A stretch of DNA of 63,955 bases, the filler included, from Craspedostauros australis (Eukaryota), in assembly GCA_030167865.1 (NCBI GenBank). It is 7 parts of 7 records of this genome, joined end to end, with 100 filler letters (N's around TTAATTAATTAA, not from the genome) between each part and the next. Parts side by side here need not be neighbours in the genome. Positions count along the whole stretch, not along the records: positions 31,495 to 50,492 come from JALAGF010005341.1; positions 50,593 to 54,893 come from JALAGF010005344.1; positions 54,994 to 57,943 come from JALAGF010005347.1; 4 more parts are not named here. One strand, written 5' to 3'. Under the pieces are notes generated by a model. The model did no database searches. It was not told the DNA's origin and saw only the letters and a list, made by a program, of their open reading frames with translations. Within the stretch, counting starts at the first letter, position 1, and every line of letters begins with the position of its first letter. A program made the position numbers and the translations under genes. Shown here in pieces: positions 43,822-55,088 of this stretch.

Positions 43822-45806
43822 TTATTTGGAACCGACAGTGAAGAACTTGTGTTGCAATGCCTCCTGCAGTGATCCCGGTAAGGTTGGCAGGTTCGTGGGG
43901 CGGTTGGTGGAGTTTCGTTGCACACAATGATGTAAATGCAGACCGTGGACATTGTATCGAACGATGCAGAGAGCAGGTCTGGTCGTGTGAGCGTCATGGA
44001 ACATACTGGTACCGGTCGAATACATGACGAGATCATCGTGTCTGCGCTTCACAATCGCAATCATCTTCATTGACATCGACATCGACACATTTCATCATCA
44101 CCAGCCCAAATGCAACGTACCTTGACCGGAATTCGTCGAGTCGGATCCAACGCCAAACTCTTGCGCAGCAGGTTTTCGAACTCCACCACCAGCGCGAGGC
44201 TATCGCTCTTGGACTTGGCCTTCATGATGATCGTCTTGAGATTCGGCGACATGTTGTTCATCAGCGTGTGCTTGCGGACCTTGTGCTGCGTGACGGGGTC
44301 GACAGAATCCTCCAGAAAGACAAAGTTGGCGGCCTGCTGCGCGAAGTGCTCCGGCAGCGGATGCTTCTTCACTTGCACCAGATGCTGTCGGATGACGCGG
44401 TTGGGGACAGGTCCCATGGCCTCCATGAACTTCTTGAGCATGTGGTTGTTCGATCCACCGTGGAACATGAGACGGCCGAGAAAGAGCTCGCCGACCGTCA
44501 CGGCGATGCTCCAGAGGTCGATGGCGTAGGTCGGGATGAGGCCCAGGATGATCTCGGGGGCTCTGTAGAAGCGCGAGACGAGGTAGGGGGTCACCATCTC
44601 CGCCGCTGCACTGGATTCGACGGCGCTGCCGAGGTCGCAGATGTGGACGACGGAGAAGTCGTGATTGACCAGGATGTTGTCCGGTTTGAGATCCGAATGG
44701 ACGATGCCGTGCTGCTTCAGATGGGCGCAGGCGGAAAGAAGCTGCTGGAAGTAGGATCGCACCGCCGTCAAAGACAAGCCGACATTCTTGCCGAACTTCT
44801 TGAGGACGTCCCTCAGGTTGTATTGCACGTGCGGAAAGGCGAGGAGGACATGACCTCTGAATTCCAACGGGGCGTTGTCCGTCGGGAATAGCAGCGGGAT
44901 GATACCGGGGCATTGCTTGAGCTTCTGCAGGAACTGTACCTCGTTCTGCGCAGCCCTGGCCATGGTGTCGTTGTGCCGCACAAATTTGATCGCCACCTGT
45001 GGCGGCAGTTTGATGGAGGAGCTGTTGCTCTCCGTGGAGCACTTGAGCACCGTTGAGAAGACGCCCTTGCCGATGACGCCCATGACCCGAAATTGGATGT
45101 TGGCCGAAGTCTTTGGCACGTCGACGCTGATGATCTCCCCTGGTGTTGCCTTGTAGTAACCATCGACGTCATCAAACTCCTGCTGGTCCTTGCTGGCGCC
45201 ATCGGGCACGGCCCTCTGCCGTTGGTTGGATGGAGCGGCCGCCTTTTGTATGGCAGTTGGAGAGATCGATTCTGCGAACATGTCGAAATCGTCATCATCG
45301 TCATCGTTGCTGTTTTCTTCTTCGTCATCTTTCTTTTCCATGGCATACTTTTCATTTTGAGCATCGGATGAGCTTGCAATCACGGCCGCACCGCGTCGGC
45401 CATCATCGGCGGATTGATCACGTCGCTCTTTGCGCGATTTCTTCTTGCTCTTGTTGGTCGATGGAGATGTCGCTTTTGTGACCAAGGGCTGCTCCTGCTC
45501 TGACTCTTTGTTTGCCTGCTGCAACCGTTTTCTGCGTTGCGCGCGGCGAGCTTCCGCGGCCTTCTCGCTCTGTTGCTCCGAACTGAGGAAGCTGTCGCCT
45601 GCCACGAACTCAGCAAGCTCTGCATCTTCCGCTTCCTTTGGCACGGGTGATGGCTCTTTGTCTGGAGCCGGCACAGTCTCCACCTTCACTGGACTTGGCT
45701 TGGATTGCTCCACCTTCTTTGGCGATGGCTTGGCCTCTTGAGTCTGCGCAGCTGGATTCTCGGCATCTTTGGAACGCCTGCGCTTCTTGCCGCTGCGCTT
45801 TCCCAT
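43822..45806 (-). CDS. PRP4: PRP4-family CMGC Ser/Thr kinase; exons 45806-44121 and 43863-43822
   Basis: FDDVDGYY, IGKGVFSTV, YNLRDVLKKFGKNVGLSL, HSDLKPDN, TPYLVSRFYRAPE. Spliced end RIPVK|EALQHKFF. Confidence 0.93.
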
Positions 45807-46609
45807 TGTTCTTTGTGATGCGTTCTGCTGAACCGAGATACTCGTAGAATACTAATATGTTGGGAGTACCGTGTTCTTACTGATGTGTCTGGACTTGTGT
45901 CTGGACTTGTGCGACGAAGAGTAGCGATGATTGTGCGTTGGTGCTCTCTAGCTCGTATTATGAATAAAATGATGATAATAACACCAAAGTTGATGTTGAT
46001 GTTGATGCCGATGTGCGATGTTGTGGTTGGATCTCCTTGGCGTGTTCGATGGATTTGGATGAGGTGATTTGTTTGTTTGGTTGGTGGTCGCGGAGTTTCC
46101 CTTTTGGCCTGGCATAGGGACTTTGGTACATTGTGTACGTGGAAATAGGTATCTAAAATGGCGAATGTAACAACACTTTAGCCAGTATTTAACTCATATT
46201 GTCTGAATGATATTTTTGAAATAGCTTGAAATACGAATAACCGGGGTGAAGAGATGGCGGCAAAGACAACGAGAACGTGCGCTGCAAACACAAGCACAAA
46301 CAAAGACACACAAGAGCGAACACGGGACGACTACAAACGCACAACTCCAACCAACACACAGCACAAGACAAGGCAAGGAAACTACGCGAACCCACATCAA
46401 CCACAGCTCAACCACAGAGCTCAAACAGAAGCAACAGAAGCAACGGCGTCGACGAACGTTGGGGCGGTTCTTCCAGCCGCAAGCAACATCCACTCACTTT
46501 CGCGCGAAGCTGGTTGATCCCATCGCAGCATCAGCATCAGCATCAGCATCAGCTACAACAAACAAACAATAGAGTAGACTGCCATAGATCGCACGAAAGC
46601 CCCAGCAAC

Positions 46610-47595
46610 ATGCCACCAACTTCAACAGGAACATTCCAACCTTTGCGCCACCGGACAGGTTCGATACGAGAAAGGCTCCATGCCTACACCAAGAGCACTT
46701 TAGGTGCTGGAGGAAGCTACAACGAGGCGGTGAGTGCTTCATTGTGGTGGAACAATTAAGGACACTGATGGATGCAGCAGCACATGCTATCATATCATAT
46801 CATGGTAGAGTAGCATTCTACATGTGTCCGACGCTGCGCCGAGATGTGCCTTTGCGGAGGCTTTGTCATTGCCAAGCAATCACAATTGCCATTTCCATGT
46901 CCGTGCTTTAGCTATTGTCATGCTGTAGCCATCGAACCGACTCGCCGTGCTCACATCATGCCGCCGCTTCATTTCTGTGCTTCGCCGTTCACCCACAATG
47001 CATAACGACTGCGCTCCCGCAATGACAGGTTGCGCTGCCGTCGGGAGAGTCATGCGCCGCATGGGTCGCCGTCCATGCCATCGACTTCTACAACGACGTC
47101 AGCACGATCTGGGCCGTCATGTCGTCCGATCCCTACCTCAATTCGTTCCGACCAGGTGAGGGGTTTCCATCGGGCGTGGAGTACAGATGGTCCGATGAGC
47201 CTGGCGACGCCGTCTCCGTCTCCGCCCCGATCTACATCGAGAAGGTTCTCGCGTGGATAGCGGAGCAGATCAACGATCAGAGCAAATTCCCAGACGACGA
47301 CAACGAGGCCGAGGCCCTGCGCGTCTTCCAAACTCCGCAATTCGCCGCGCTCTGTGGCCAGATTTTCCGTCGCCTTTTTCGCGTGTACGGAATCATCTAT
47401 TCCAGCTTCTTCGGCACACTCGAGGCCTTGGACATGGCGCCGCATCTCAACACGGGATTCAAGCACTTCATGTTCTTCTGCACAGAATTCGGCCTGCTCC
47501 CGGAGCGAGAGATAGAACCGCTGGAGGTCTTGGTCAAGCCCATACGAAAAAAGTACTACGCCGCCAAGCAAGGCGCCACAGTTCCGGGTAGATAA
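46610..47595 (+). CDS. MOB kinase activator family protein (divergent); exons 46610-46729 and 47029-47595
   Basis: KSTLG...EA|VALPSGESCAAWVAVHAIDFYN, EYRW, SAPIYI, IFRRLFRVY, HLNTGFKHF, EIEPL. Confidence 0.92.
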
Positions 47596-48469
47596 TGAAC
47601 AGCTGTCTGCCATGCTCTACGTATTCATGCATGCCATACTCGCACATTACTATACGTACTCGTACAATTCATCGCGAACCCAATGCATCGAAATGAGCGG
47701 CAAAAGACCACCAATCGTTGTGACTTGATGGATGTTGCCATGACAATGGTCGGGGAGAAATTTAAATCGAGCAGACCATTCAGAACACTCGTGCAATAGG
47801 ACAATACAGTAAAGTACAGCAAAGTACAGTACAGTACTCTTTGTTCACTCCAACTCTGCACATACATGCTCCGAAGTCTCTCTCTCTCTCTGGGGAGTGA
47901 TACTCTGTTGGCATTACTTCACTCCTCTCTCCAGAGGCAAATGCAGCAAATTCAACTTGGAACAGCAACGATGGTGATGACGACGACAAGGACAGAGCGA
48001 TGCTCTCACACCATTGTTCCATAGAGTACTCAACAACAATCTATGGATTCTGCGAATTATATTTACGCTCCTCCTTGCAGTCGCATGTCTGTGTTGTCCG
48101 GATGCTTCGATCTCCAGCAGGAGCGCGACCCGGGATGAGCTTGTCATGTTTGATCTATACTCGCGCACCTTAGCCACTCTCGCCAACGCTGTGTATGACT
48201 CACTCGACCGTGGCGTCATCTGATGCCAACAACAAAAACACCCACAACAACCCACGTGAAGAACAATTTCAAAAAAACGACTTTGTCCAACGCTCCCCCA
48301 ACACACCTCTGTTCCAAGATGACGAACAAAGACCATCACATCATTGTCAAGAGCAAGTGCCTCTGCCGCCGACCTTCCTATCTCCTCTCGATCCTTCAGA
48401 TTCGCAATCGCATCACCTACGACCCATCACACCTGATAAGCAAGGCAAGCAACCGAAGCAGTAACAGCG

Positions 48470-49102
48470 ATGGACAGCAGAGACTTTCCTTCGACGCTGG
48501 AGGATGAGAGCATCAAGAGCGAAGAAGGCGAGCCACACCATGAGTCATATCACGAACATGAGTACTTGAACGAAGGCACGGGGTTTCGCAGCGGCAGCGC
48601 AAGCGCCCGAGACGTCGATGCATATGGCAAGATGGAACAGAACACGTCCTCCGACCCACCTGCTCGACCACAGCGTCCAACATCGCACAGCCAGGATGCA
48701 GAATTCGTGCAGGACAATGGGACTGAAAAGGCCAGGATCATCCAGGCCCTCAAAGAAGAATACCAGGCATCCCTGCAGGAGGAGCAGATGCTGATGCAGT
48801 CACAAATGCAGATGGTGTCGCAGCTCAACAAGCTGAAATCGTACGTCGCGAGGATCGAAAGCGACACGCAGCTGGCGCGGTTGGCAACGGAGCAGGCGCA
48901 AGTGGCACGGCTGATGCATCGCACGGCGCAGACCGATGATGGTACCAGCAGCGACGGCGGTGAGTTAGCCAGGCTGCTGGGGTCGCTGGCAGTGGATGGG
49001 AGTTTGGTGCAGCCCCCCAACACTGAAGGCGATGATGATGTGGGAGGCGCCCTCACCGTCGGCGACGACGATGATGTTGTCACCATCGAGGTCAGGTTCT
49101 GA
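48470..49102 (+). CDS. Hypothetical protein with a coiled-coil segment
   Basis: 210-aa ATG-initiated ORF with coding-like codon usage and a helical IIQALKEEYQASLQEEQ...KLKSYVARIE stretch. No family recognised. Confidence 0.6.
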   Translation: MDSRDFPSTLEDESIKSEEGEPHHESYHEHEYLNEGTGFRSGSASARDVDAYGKMEQNTSSDPPARPQRPTSHSQDAEFVQDNGTEKARIIQALKEEYQASLQEEQMLMQSQMQMVSQLNKLKSYVARIESDTQLARLATEQAQVARLMHRTAQTDDGTSSDGGELARLLGSLAVDGSLVQPPNTEGDDDVGGALTVGDDDDVVTIEVRF

Positions 49103-49640
49103 TGTTGCGTCGCCCATTCAAGGTGGCGAATGTAACATAATCCTTGGAGAAAAGACAGCTCCAGCATCCCACACTTCTACTCGCACGGATCAGTGCGCGT
49201 ATGGTAAGAAGATGTACTCTATGTATGGTACTAGTACGATCATTACAAAGTATACCGCAATATTCTGGGGCGCCATTTCTATTCCATCTTTCCATTTCAG
49301 CAGAGCATGGTACGAGCTATGTGCCTATGCGTTGCGAACAAGGATCGGCGCCGCCAACCATCGCAGCAAAGGAACTGCAGTTCGCTACTAACCGAGGGGA
49401 TTCCACACTGTTCCAGGCATCCGTCTGTACAGACATCCATTCCATCACTCATTCCATCACCCATTCCAGATCCTTCATACTCGTACATACGAGTGATGGT
49501 GCAGCACGAGATCCAGGGGCGTTGTTCTGTCGAAGCTGTGGCAGAGCGAAGCTTCAGTGAGACGCCACAGCATGGGAGAATACTTTCGATGCCTCATCAA
49601 CGTACCATACTCGCGTGTGGTGGGATGCGCCTTCCCCCTC

Positions 49641-50492
49641 TAGTGCCTCAAACAAACAGCTGTAGCCAACGCCATTGGCGATTTTTGGCGATTTTTGGAT
49701 CACGAAAAATGGTCTGTAGAATCTAGTACATTTTCTACGTAAGTCCCGAACAAAAACAGGCCAGAAACAGCATCAACCGCGGTCCAACTCTCCGCACTCA
49801 GCTCGTATGGGCCATTCTGTACTCATATTGCAGATATAGTATTGCATAGCGTTTATATATACCATCCTGAAGTTTGGTGGCTGTTGCTCTCTTTCTCGGT
49901 GAGCGCTGATGCCATCCATCAAGCACCCCCATCATTCACGGACGTTTTTTGGCTTCTGGTTGGCGTGTTTTCGTGGTCGAGTTGTTCCAAAGAATTTTCC
50001 CAACCGCCTATGACGTCACAATGACGCAAGCGTTGGAACCAGAATTGACCAAACTTGCCACCGAAATTGGGGATCCGAGTGGTCAAATATCATTCCGACC
50101 TCCATGGGAGCACTAAACGCAAGTATACCTCCATACCATCGCACTCAAACATAATATAGATCATATAGTTGTGACCGCCTCGGAGAGAGGATTCTGAAAT
50201 GATATCTATTGTACAGATTTAGCCAAAGAATGCTCAGCGCGGAGACTTCAAAGATGGAGGGTCGAACTTCTCGGAAAAAAGAGGCCAGATCCTACCGGAC
50301 CCCTGTAGAATCCTACTTGTAGCCAATTGTAGCCAATGAAAACCCGGTCCGTCCTTCGTCCGAAGGCAAAACCACACCAAGGGGGTCAACAAACACATCA
50401 AGATCGACGAGATGGTAGTAACAACATTATAATGTTAACACTTGCCTGGATAGCCCTGGCTCTTAAGTTTACGTAGATGTGAAGAGATGTTG
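49641..50492 (+). mobile_element. hAT-like MITE, copy 2 (left end intact, right end lost at contig end)
   Basis: Begins TAGTGCCTCAAACAAAC (17-bp TIR, 5'-TAG). Body nearly identical to 31495-32290. Reconstructed length about 970 bp, no transposase ORF. Confidence 0.85.
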
Positions 50493-51115
50493 NNNNNNNN
50501 NNNNNNNNNNNNNNNNNNNNNNNNNNNNNNNNNNNNTTAATTAATTAANNNNNNNNNNNNNNNNNNNNNNNNNNNNNNNNNNNNNNNNNNNNTCATTTGT
50601 CACAACTCTGTTCTATGCAGGTCTACCTCGAGATCAAGGGGCGTGACAATTCTCACAGAATTCCTTACTTCTTACTCTTCTACTAATCCTATTAGTCAAA
50701 TACTGGTCGGGGGCTGTCTTCGGACAGCACTCACAAATAAACAACAAGAGCTCCGACCAGGGCATGAAACAACGGGCCAATACATCTTTTGTAGTTACTT
50801 GCACTGTTTGACATCCACCACAAAACACACACACACACAAACAACACGAAAGAAACACGAAGAAGGAATGTGTGCGATCGAACTCGATGTTCTGTAGTCC
50901 ATTGAGTCATTCGATAGTCCCTGCGTGTGCGTTGTGTGCGACCATGACAGCTTTTGCATCATGCTTGTTCCGCCAAGAGTTCGCATGCATCACGATTGAA
51001 CTCCATCTCGATCATCATCGGGATGGCTCGACACGAACAGCATGGTACCCAATACTATCATATCACAGACAAGAATAATCATGACGCCGAGTTGCGTGCT
51101 CTAAACGACGTTGCA

Positions 51116-52579
51116 TTAAGTTGCGGCGAGCGCGTTCTGTCTCTGCGTCTTGAGATCCAGGATGCACTCCGTGAGCTTGGTCTCGAGACGTTGCTGGTAC
51201 GTGTACTGCGATTCTAGCATGGAGCTTTGGATCTTGGTGAAGGGGACGCCGTTGTGGGTCAATCTGTCGTAGCGTTCCGTTGCCGTCAACGGGACGTAGT
51301 TGTGATTGTAGGTGCTGTAGATGGTGTCCGAGGCGGTGCTGTTGGCCAACGCCGGCGGTGGCTTGCCGCTCCTGTTGCGCATCTTGGCAGCGTGCTTGAC
51401 GTAGTCGAGGTAGTTGTCGATCTGCATGACCCAGTGACCTGACGCCTTCCATTGCATGGTGAGCGCCGGTCCGCCCGGGACGGGTTCCACGCCGACCGTG
51501 GTGGGATGTTCGAAGACCTCCACAACTGAGAATCGAACGGAAGGACGCACTGTCTTTGTCTTGCGCATGCTGCTGCGCGATGCTTGCGTTCGCTCGTCAT
51601 CTTCGTAGGAGTATTGCGAGCCGTTGTCGTGCGCGTATTGGTTGTAGACATCGTACTCACCGATGGCATTGTCGAGATTCGCATGGTACACCTGTCCGTA
51701 ATCCNGCGCGCAACGCGGATCGTTGATGACCGGGGGACCGTTTCTGAAGTGCTGCGGTGGCAGACGGGGTCTCATCTGGTTTGCAGGATGGGCGCGGTTG
51801 TGCATGTGGTACTGTTGCTGCAGCTGCTGAAGCTGACGCGGATCGGAATGGGCGCGATGAGGCACCGCACGACGTCCCATCATGGCGGATGGGTGGTGTC
51901 GCTGTGGTTGTTGTTGTTGCTGGTATTGCATCATCATCATCTGCTGTTGTTGTTGCTGCTGCATCACGGTCAAAGAATCGGAATGAAACCGCTGCGGCGG
52001 CTGCCTGCGTCCCACACGTCGTTGCGTGGTGCTGCGGCGCTGCGTGGGACCGGGTTCGCTGAAGCGCACTCTGGGTCGAGACGTGGATCGGCTGTCACTG
52101 GATGCGTACGTGCTGCAGGTGGATGCCGTGGTGGCCGTCGTCTCGCTGCCTGCCACGCTGGTGTTGCTATCGAGCTCGGGTTGCTGCTGCTTCGATGTGC
52201 TCGTTCTCTTGAGGCGTCGGCGCAAGGGCCTGGGCTCACCCGGCCGCCGGCTCTTGTCCGCGGAGGTGGATCGGTTGCGGCTGGGACAGTCCGTGCGTTG
52301 CCTTGGTGCGGCTCCGGAGGATCGGGATCGTCTGCGCTGCGTGTCTGGTTGCGATGAAGTTGTGGAAGTCTCCTCGTTGAGAGGCAGGGTCGCTGGCATG
52401 TCCGTTCTGGATGATCTGCTTGATCTGGATTCCTTCTTCTGCTGCGGACTGCGGTTGAGCAGGCGTTGGACGTTCTTCCTCAGCTTGCCTGGCGACAGCG
52501 ACATCGACTTGTTGCCAGACGATGAGGAGGAGGCTACTGTTCTGCTGCTTCTGGGAACAGCGCCATGGTGGGTTGGCAT
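51116..52579 (-). CDS. Low-complexity (Ser/Arg, polyQ) protein with a C-terminal VRF-containing motif block
   Basis: 487-aa ORF. Block SVRFSVVEVFEHPTTVGVEPVPGGPALTMQW...ERYDRL, plus a second RVRF motif. Confidence 0.72.
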   Translation of the reverse strand: MPTHHGAVPRSSRTVASSSSSGNKSMSLSPGKLRKNVQRLLNRSPQQKKESRSSRSSRTDMPATLPLNEETSTTSSQPDTQRRRSRSSGAAPRQRTDCPSRNRSTSADKSRRPGEPRPLRRRLKRTSTSKQQQPELDSNTSVAGSETTATTASTCSTYASSDSRSTSRPRVRFSEPGPTQRRSTTQRRVGRRQPPQRFHSDSLTVMQQQQQQQMMMMQYQQQQQPQRHHPSAMMGRRAVPHRAHSDPRQLQQLQQQYHMHNRAHPANQMRPRLPPQHFRNGPPVINDPRCAXDYGQVYHANLDNAIGEYDVYNQYAHDNGSQYSYEDDERTQASRSSMRKTKTVRPSVRFSVVEVFEHPTTVGVEPVPGGPALTMQWKASGHWVMQIDNYLDYVKHAAKMRNRSGKPPPALANSTASDTIYSTYNHNYVPLTATERYDRLTHNGVPFTKIQSSMLESQYTYQQRLETKLTECILDLKTQRQNALAAT

Positions 52580-53019
52580 GGTACTGCTGCTGCTGCTACT
52601 TCTTTTGATCCTAGTGGAGCTGTGCTGTTCTGATTGATGTAGCAGTAGCAGTCGATGTGGATGATTGAGAAGTTATGTTGTTGCTATGTTGCTGTACGAC
52701 TGCTGTTCCACTTGCTGGTCAACTTGATGGTCAACTTGCTGGTCAGGTTGAAGTGTTGGTGCTGACGTTCCAGAGAAGGAAGGAAGGAAGGAGAGCGATG
52801 CGTCTCTGTTTGGCTCTGCGTTCGCTGGTGTAGCAGCAGCAACTCGTGCGAAGCAATGGACCAACTCCGATCCAATTCCTCTGATCGCAAGACCGGATCT
52901 CGATGCGGCAGATCAGGCAATTCAGCACCTTCCGTGAAAGATTCGATCGCTGAGGATAATTGAAGGAACGAGAACGGCAATGAGGCCCACGGAGATGGAC
53001 ATTGACAGAATACAGTAAG

Positions 53020-53410
53020 CATAATAGAGCCCAAACGTAATGGCTTATCACTTGTTAGCTGTTGTTGGCTGTAGAGGCTTGATTGGCAAGCGGGTCTGAA
53101 CGAGAGTCTTCTGTTCCACAAGTAGTCAATTGAGAATACTGGTAGATGGTGAAGAAACGTGCGGATTATGAGATTAGTGCTNNNNNNNNNNNNNNNNNNN
53201 NNNNNNNNNNNNNNNNNNNNNNNNNNNNNNNAGAAACGTGCGGATTATGAGATTAGTGCTATGGTTCTTCCCTTCGAGGGGGATCTCCTGTGGTGTCCTG
53301 ATTGACAATGCGTGTGGGTTGTGTAGCCCGAGTACCGTGGGTCGAGATCCGTTGTCTGAGTTCTGTGAGAGACAATGGGCNATGATGCGCGTTGCTGTGG
53401 CTTTGGTTCC
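53020..53410. repeat. Unclassified interspersed repeat; diverged reverse-complement copy at 58044-58345
   Basis: 53131-53181 matches the reverse complement of about 58181-58228, and AATAGAGCCCAAACGTAATGGC matches the reverse complement of 58321-58342. Confidence 0.8.
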
Positions 53411-53722
53411 GTGCGTCGGCGTTTTGGCNATGGTGGGTGTCAGAAACTTGGTTATCGGAACCCTGTTGGTTCCCTGACACGAATTCCGAAGATCTACTTC
53501 AAGGTTCTGGATCTGTCCCCAAACGTGGGGGCCGGTGACGTATTCGTTCGACCTACTGGAATGCTGACGAGTCGGATGATTCGTAGTCTCTCTCGCTAAG
53601 ATGGCTACTAGTTTAGCTCTATTACTCCCCTTCATCTCACGTCGAAACGTGAGTTGACTGAAAGCAAGAAACCTAATCGTAGTGCTGTTTGTTCCGCCGC
53701 CCAAGATGGCGGCGAGCGGGCT

Positions 53723-54613
53723 TCATTCGGGCCGTTCGTTGTTGACGTTGTCGCCACGGCCTTGGTGACGGATGGTACGCATGAGTTCCAATGCCTCGTT
53801 CAACAAGGAGGTGATGCTGACCTGTTGGACGTGGTTGATGTGGTCAAGCCCTCCTCGAAAAAGGATATCGGCGAGGGCTTGGATGACCAGGGGTGTCCTT
53901 TCGTCGTTTTGGAGGACGGCCTTGATCTGGGCCGTGGGGTTGGGTGACATTTGAAAGAAGGATGGTTGCGTCATTGTTGGTCCTCGGTTGCTGGACATGA
54001 CATATCCGGACCGAAGACGTCGGGGCGACGGGTATGCGATCGCTGGTCGAGGCTCCGTCCGAGCCTTCTTTCTCATGTTGCTGGTCCCTTGCGTATCCGG
54101 TGTCGATGGTAAGGGGGGACTCAGGACGTGGGGCTCGCGAGTGTTGATGTCCACATACTCGTTGTGGTTTATAGGTGCCGGGTACGCGGTTGCCACCGGC
54201 ACGTCATCATCGGTTGGTTCCTCCGGTAGTGTAGGGACCTCTGGTTGTTCATCCTGGGTTATGGGGGGCACCGGTTCTGTTGCCTCGGTGGGTTTCTCCG
54301 CGGCCGCGATGGGAGCCATTTTCGTGTTGATGGTTCCACCTGTGGATTTCTTGGCGGATCTGGCCTGTTTGATCATCTCGATTCCCGACATTCCCAAGGA
54401 AATGGTTGAGTCCTCGGATTCATCGAAGAGCCCCTTTCTCTTGGGGCGGTTGCTCTGCTTGGTCGGCTTGCCTTCTGGTCGATAGACGGACTCAGAATCG
54501 TCACTGTCACCGAGCTCTGGGGCGGACGCGCTGTCCACGGAATGGTCGGTTGGGATCACGGGCTTTGGCCGTACCTTGTCGATATACCCATGTCCATCTC
54601 GCGTGGCTGTCAA
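53723..54613 (-). CDS. Hypothetical Pro/Thr-rich ORF, probably part of the adjacent repeat/TE
   Basis: 296 open codons without an ATG start, followed on the same strand by further broken ORFs running into the repeat. No recognisable domain. Confidence 0.35.
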   Translation of the reverse strand: MTATRDGHGYIDKVRPKPVIPTDHSVDSASAPELGDSDDSESVYRPEGKPTKQSNRPKRKGLFDESEDSTISLGMSGIEMIKQARSAKKSTGGTINTKMAPIAAAEKPTEATEPVPPITQDEQPEVPTLPEEPTDDDVPVATAYPAPINHNEYVDINTREPHVLSPPLPSTPDTQGTSNMRKKARTEPRPAIAYPSPRRLRSGYVMSSNRGPTMTQPSFFQMSPNPTAQIKAVLQNDERTPLVIQALADILFRGGLDHINHVQQVSITSLLNEALELMRTIRHQGRGDNVNNERPE

Positions 54614-55088
54614 GATTTTGGACGCTGGTGATGGTCGTGATGATCGCCTGAGGGGGGTCTGGGGTGGCTGATTACCGCTCCACTTGCGATCTCTGCTTCC
54701 ACGTCGATCACGCTTCCTGGGTCCTGCGATTCTTGATCTCCATCGTGAGACTCCTCGAATTCATGATGGCTGGCTTCTTCTGCGGTCATCTTTTTGTCGA
54801 AGTATCCATCAGGGATCTCATCCAGGAACCTGCTCTCTGGTGTCTCTCCCTCTTCGAGACTGGGACGGGTGTCTTCGAGGGATGGTATTCCGTNNNNNNN
54901 NNNNNNNNNNNNNNNNNNNNNNNNNNNNNNNNNNNNNTTAATTAATTAANNNNNNNNNNNNNNNNNNNNNNNNNNNNNNNNNNNNNNNNNNNNGTCATCA
55001 AATTCGTCCTCATCTTCCTCTCGTTGAAGAGCTTCCATTGCTTCTGACGCGCTCATTGTCTCTCCTCTACTACATCCAGGGCTAGCGT

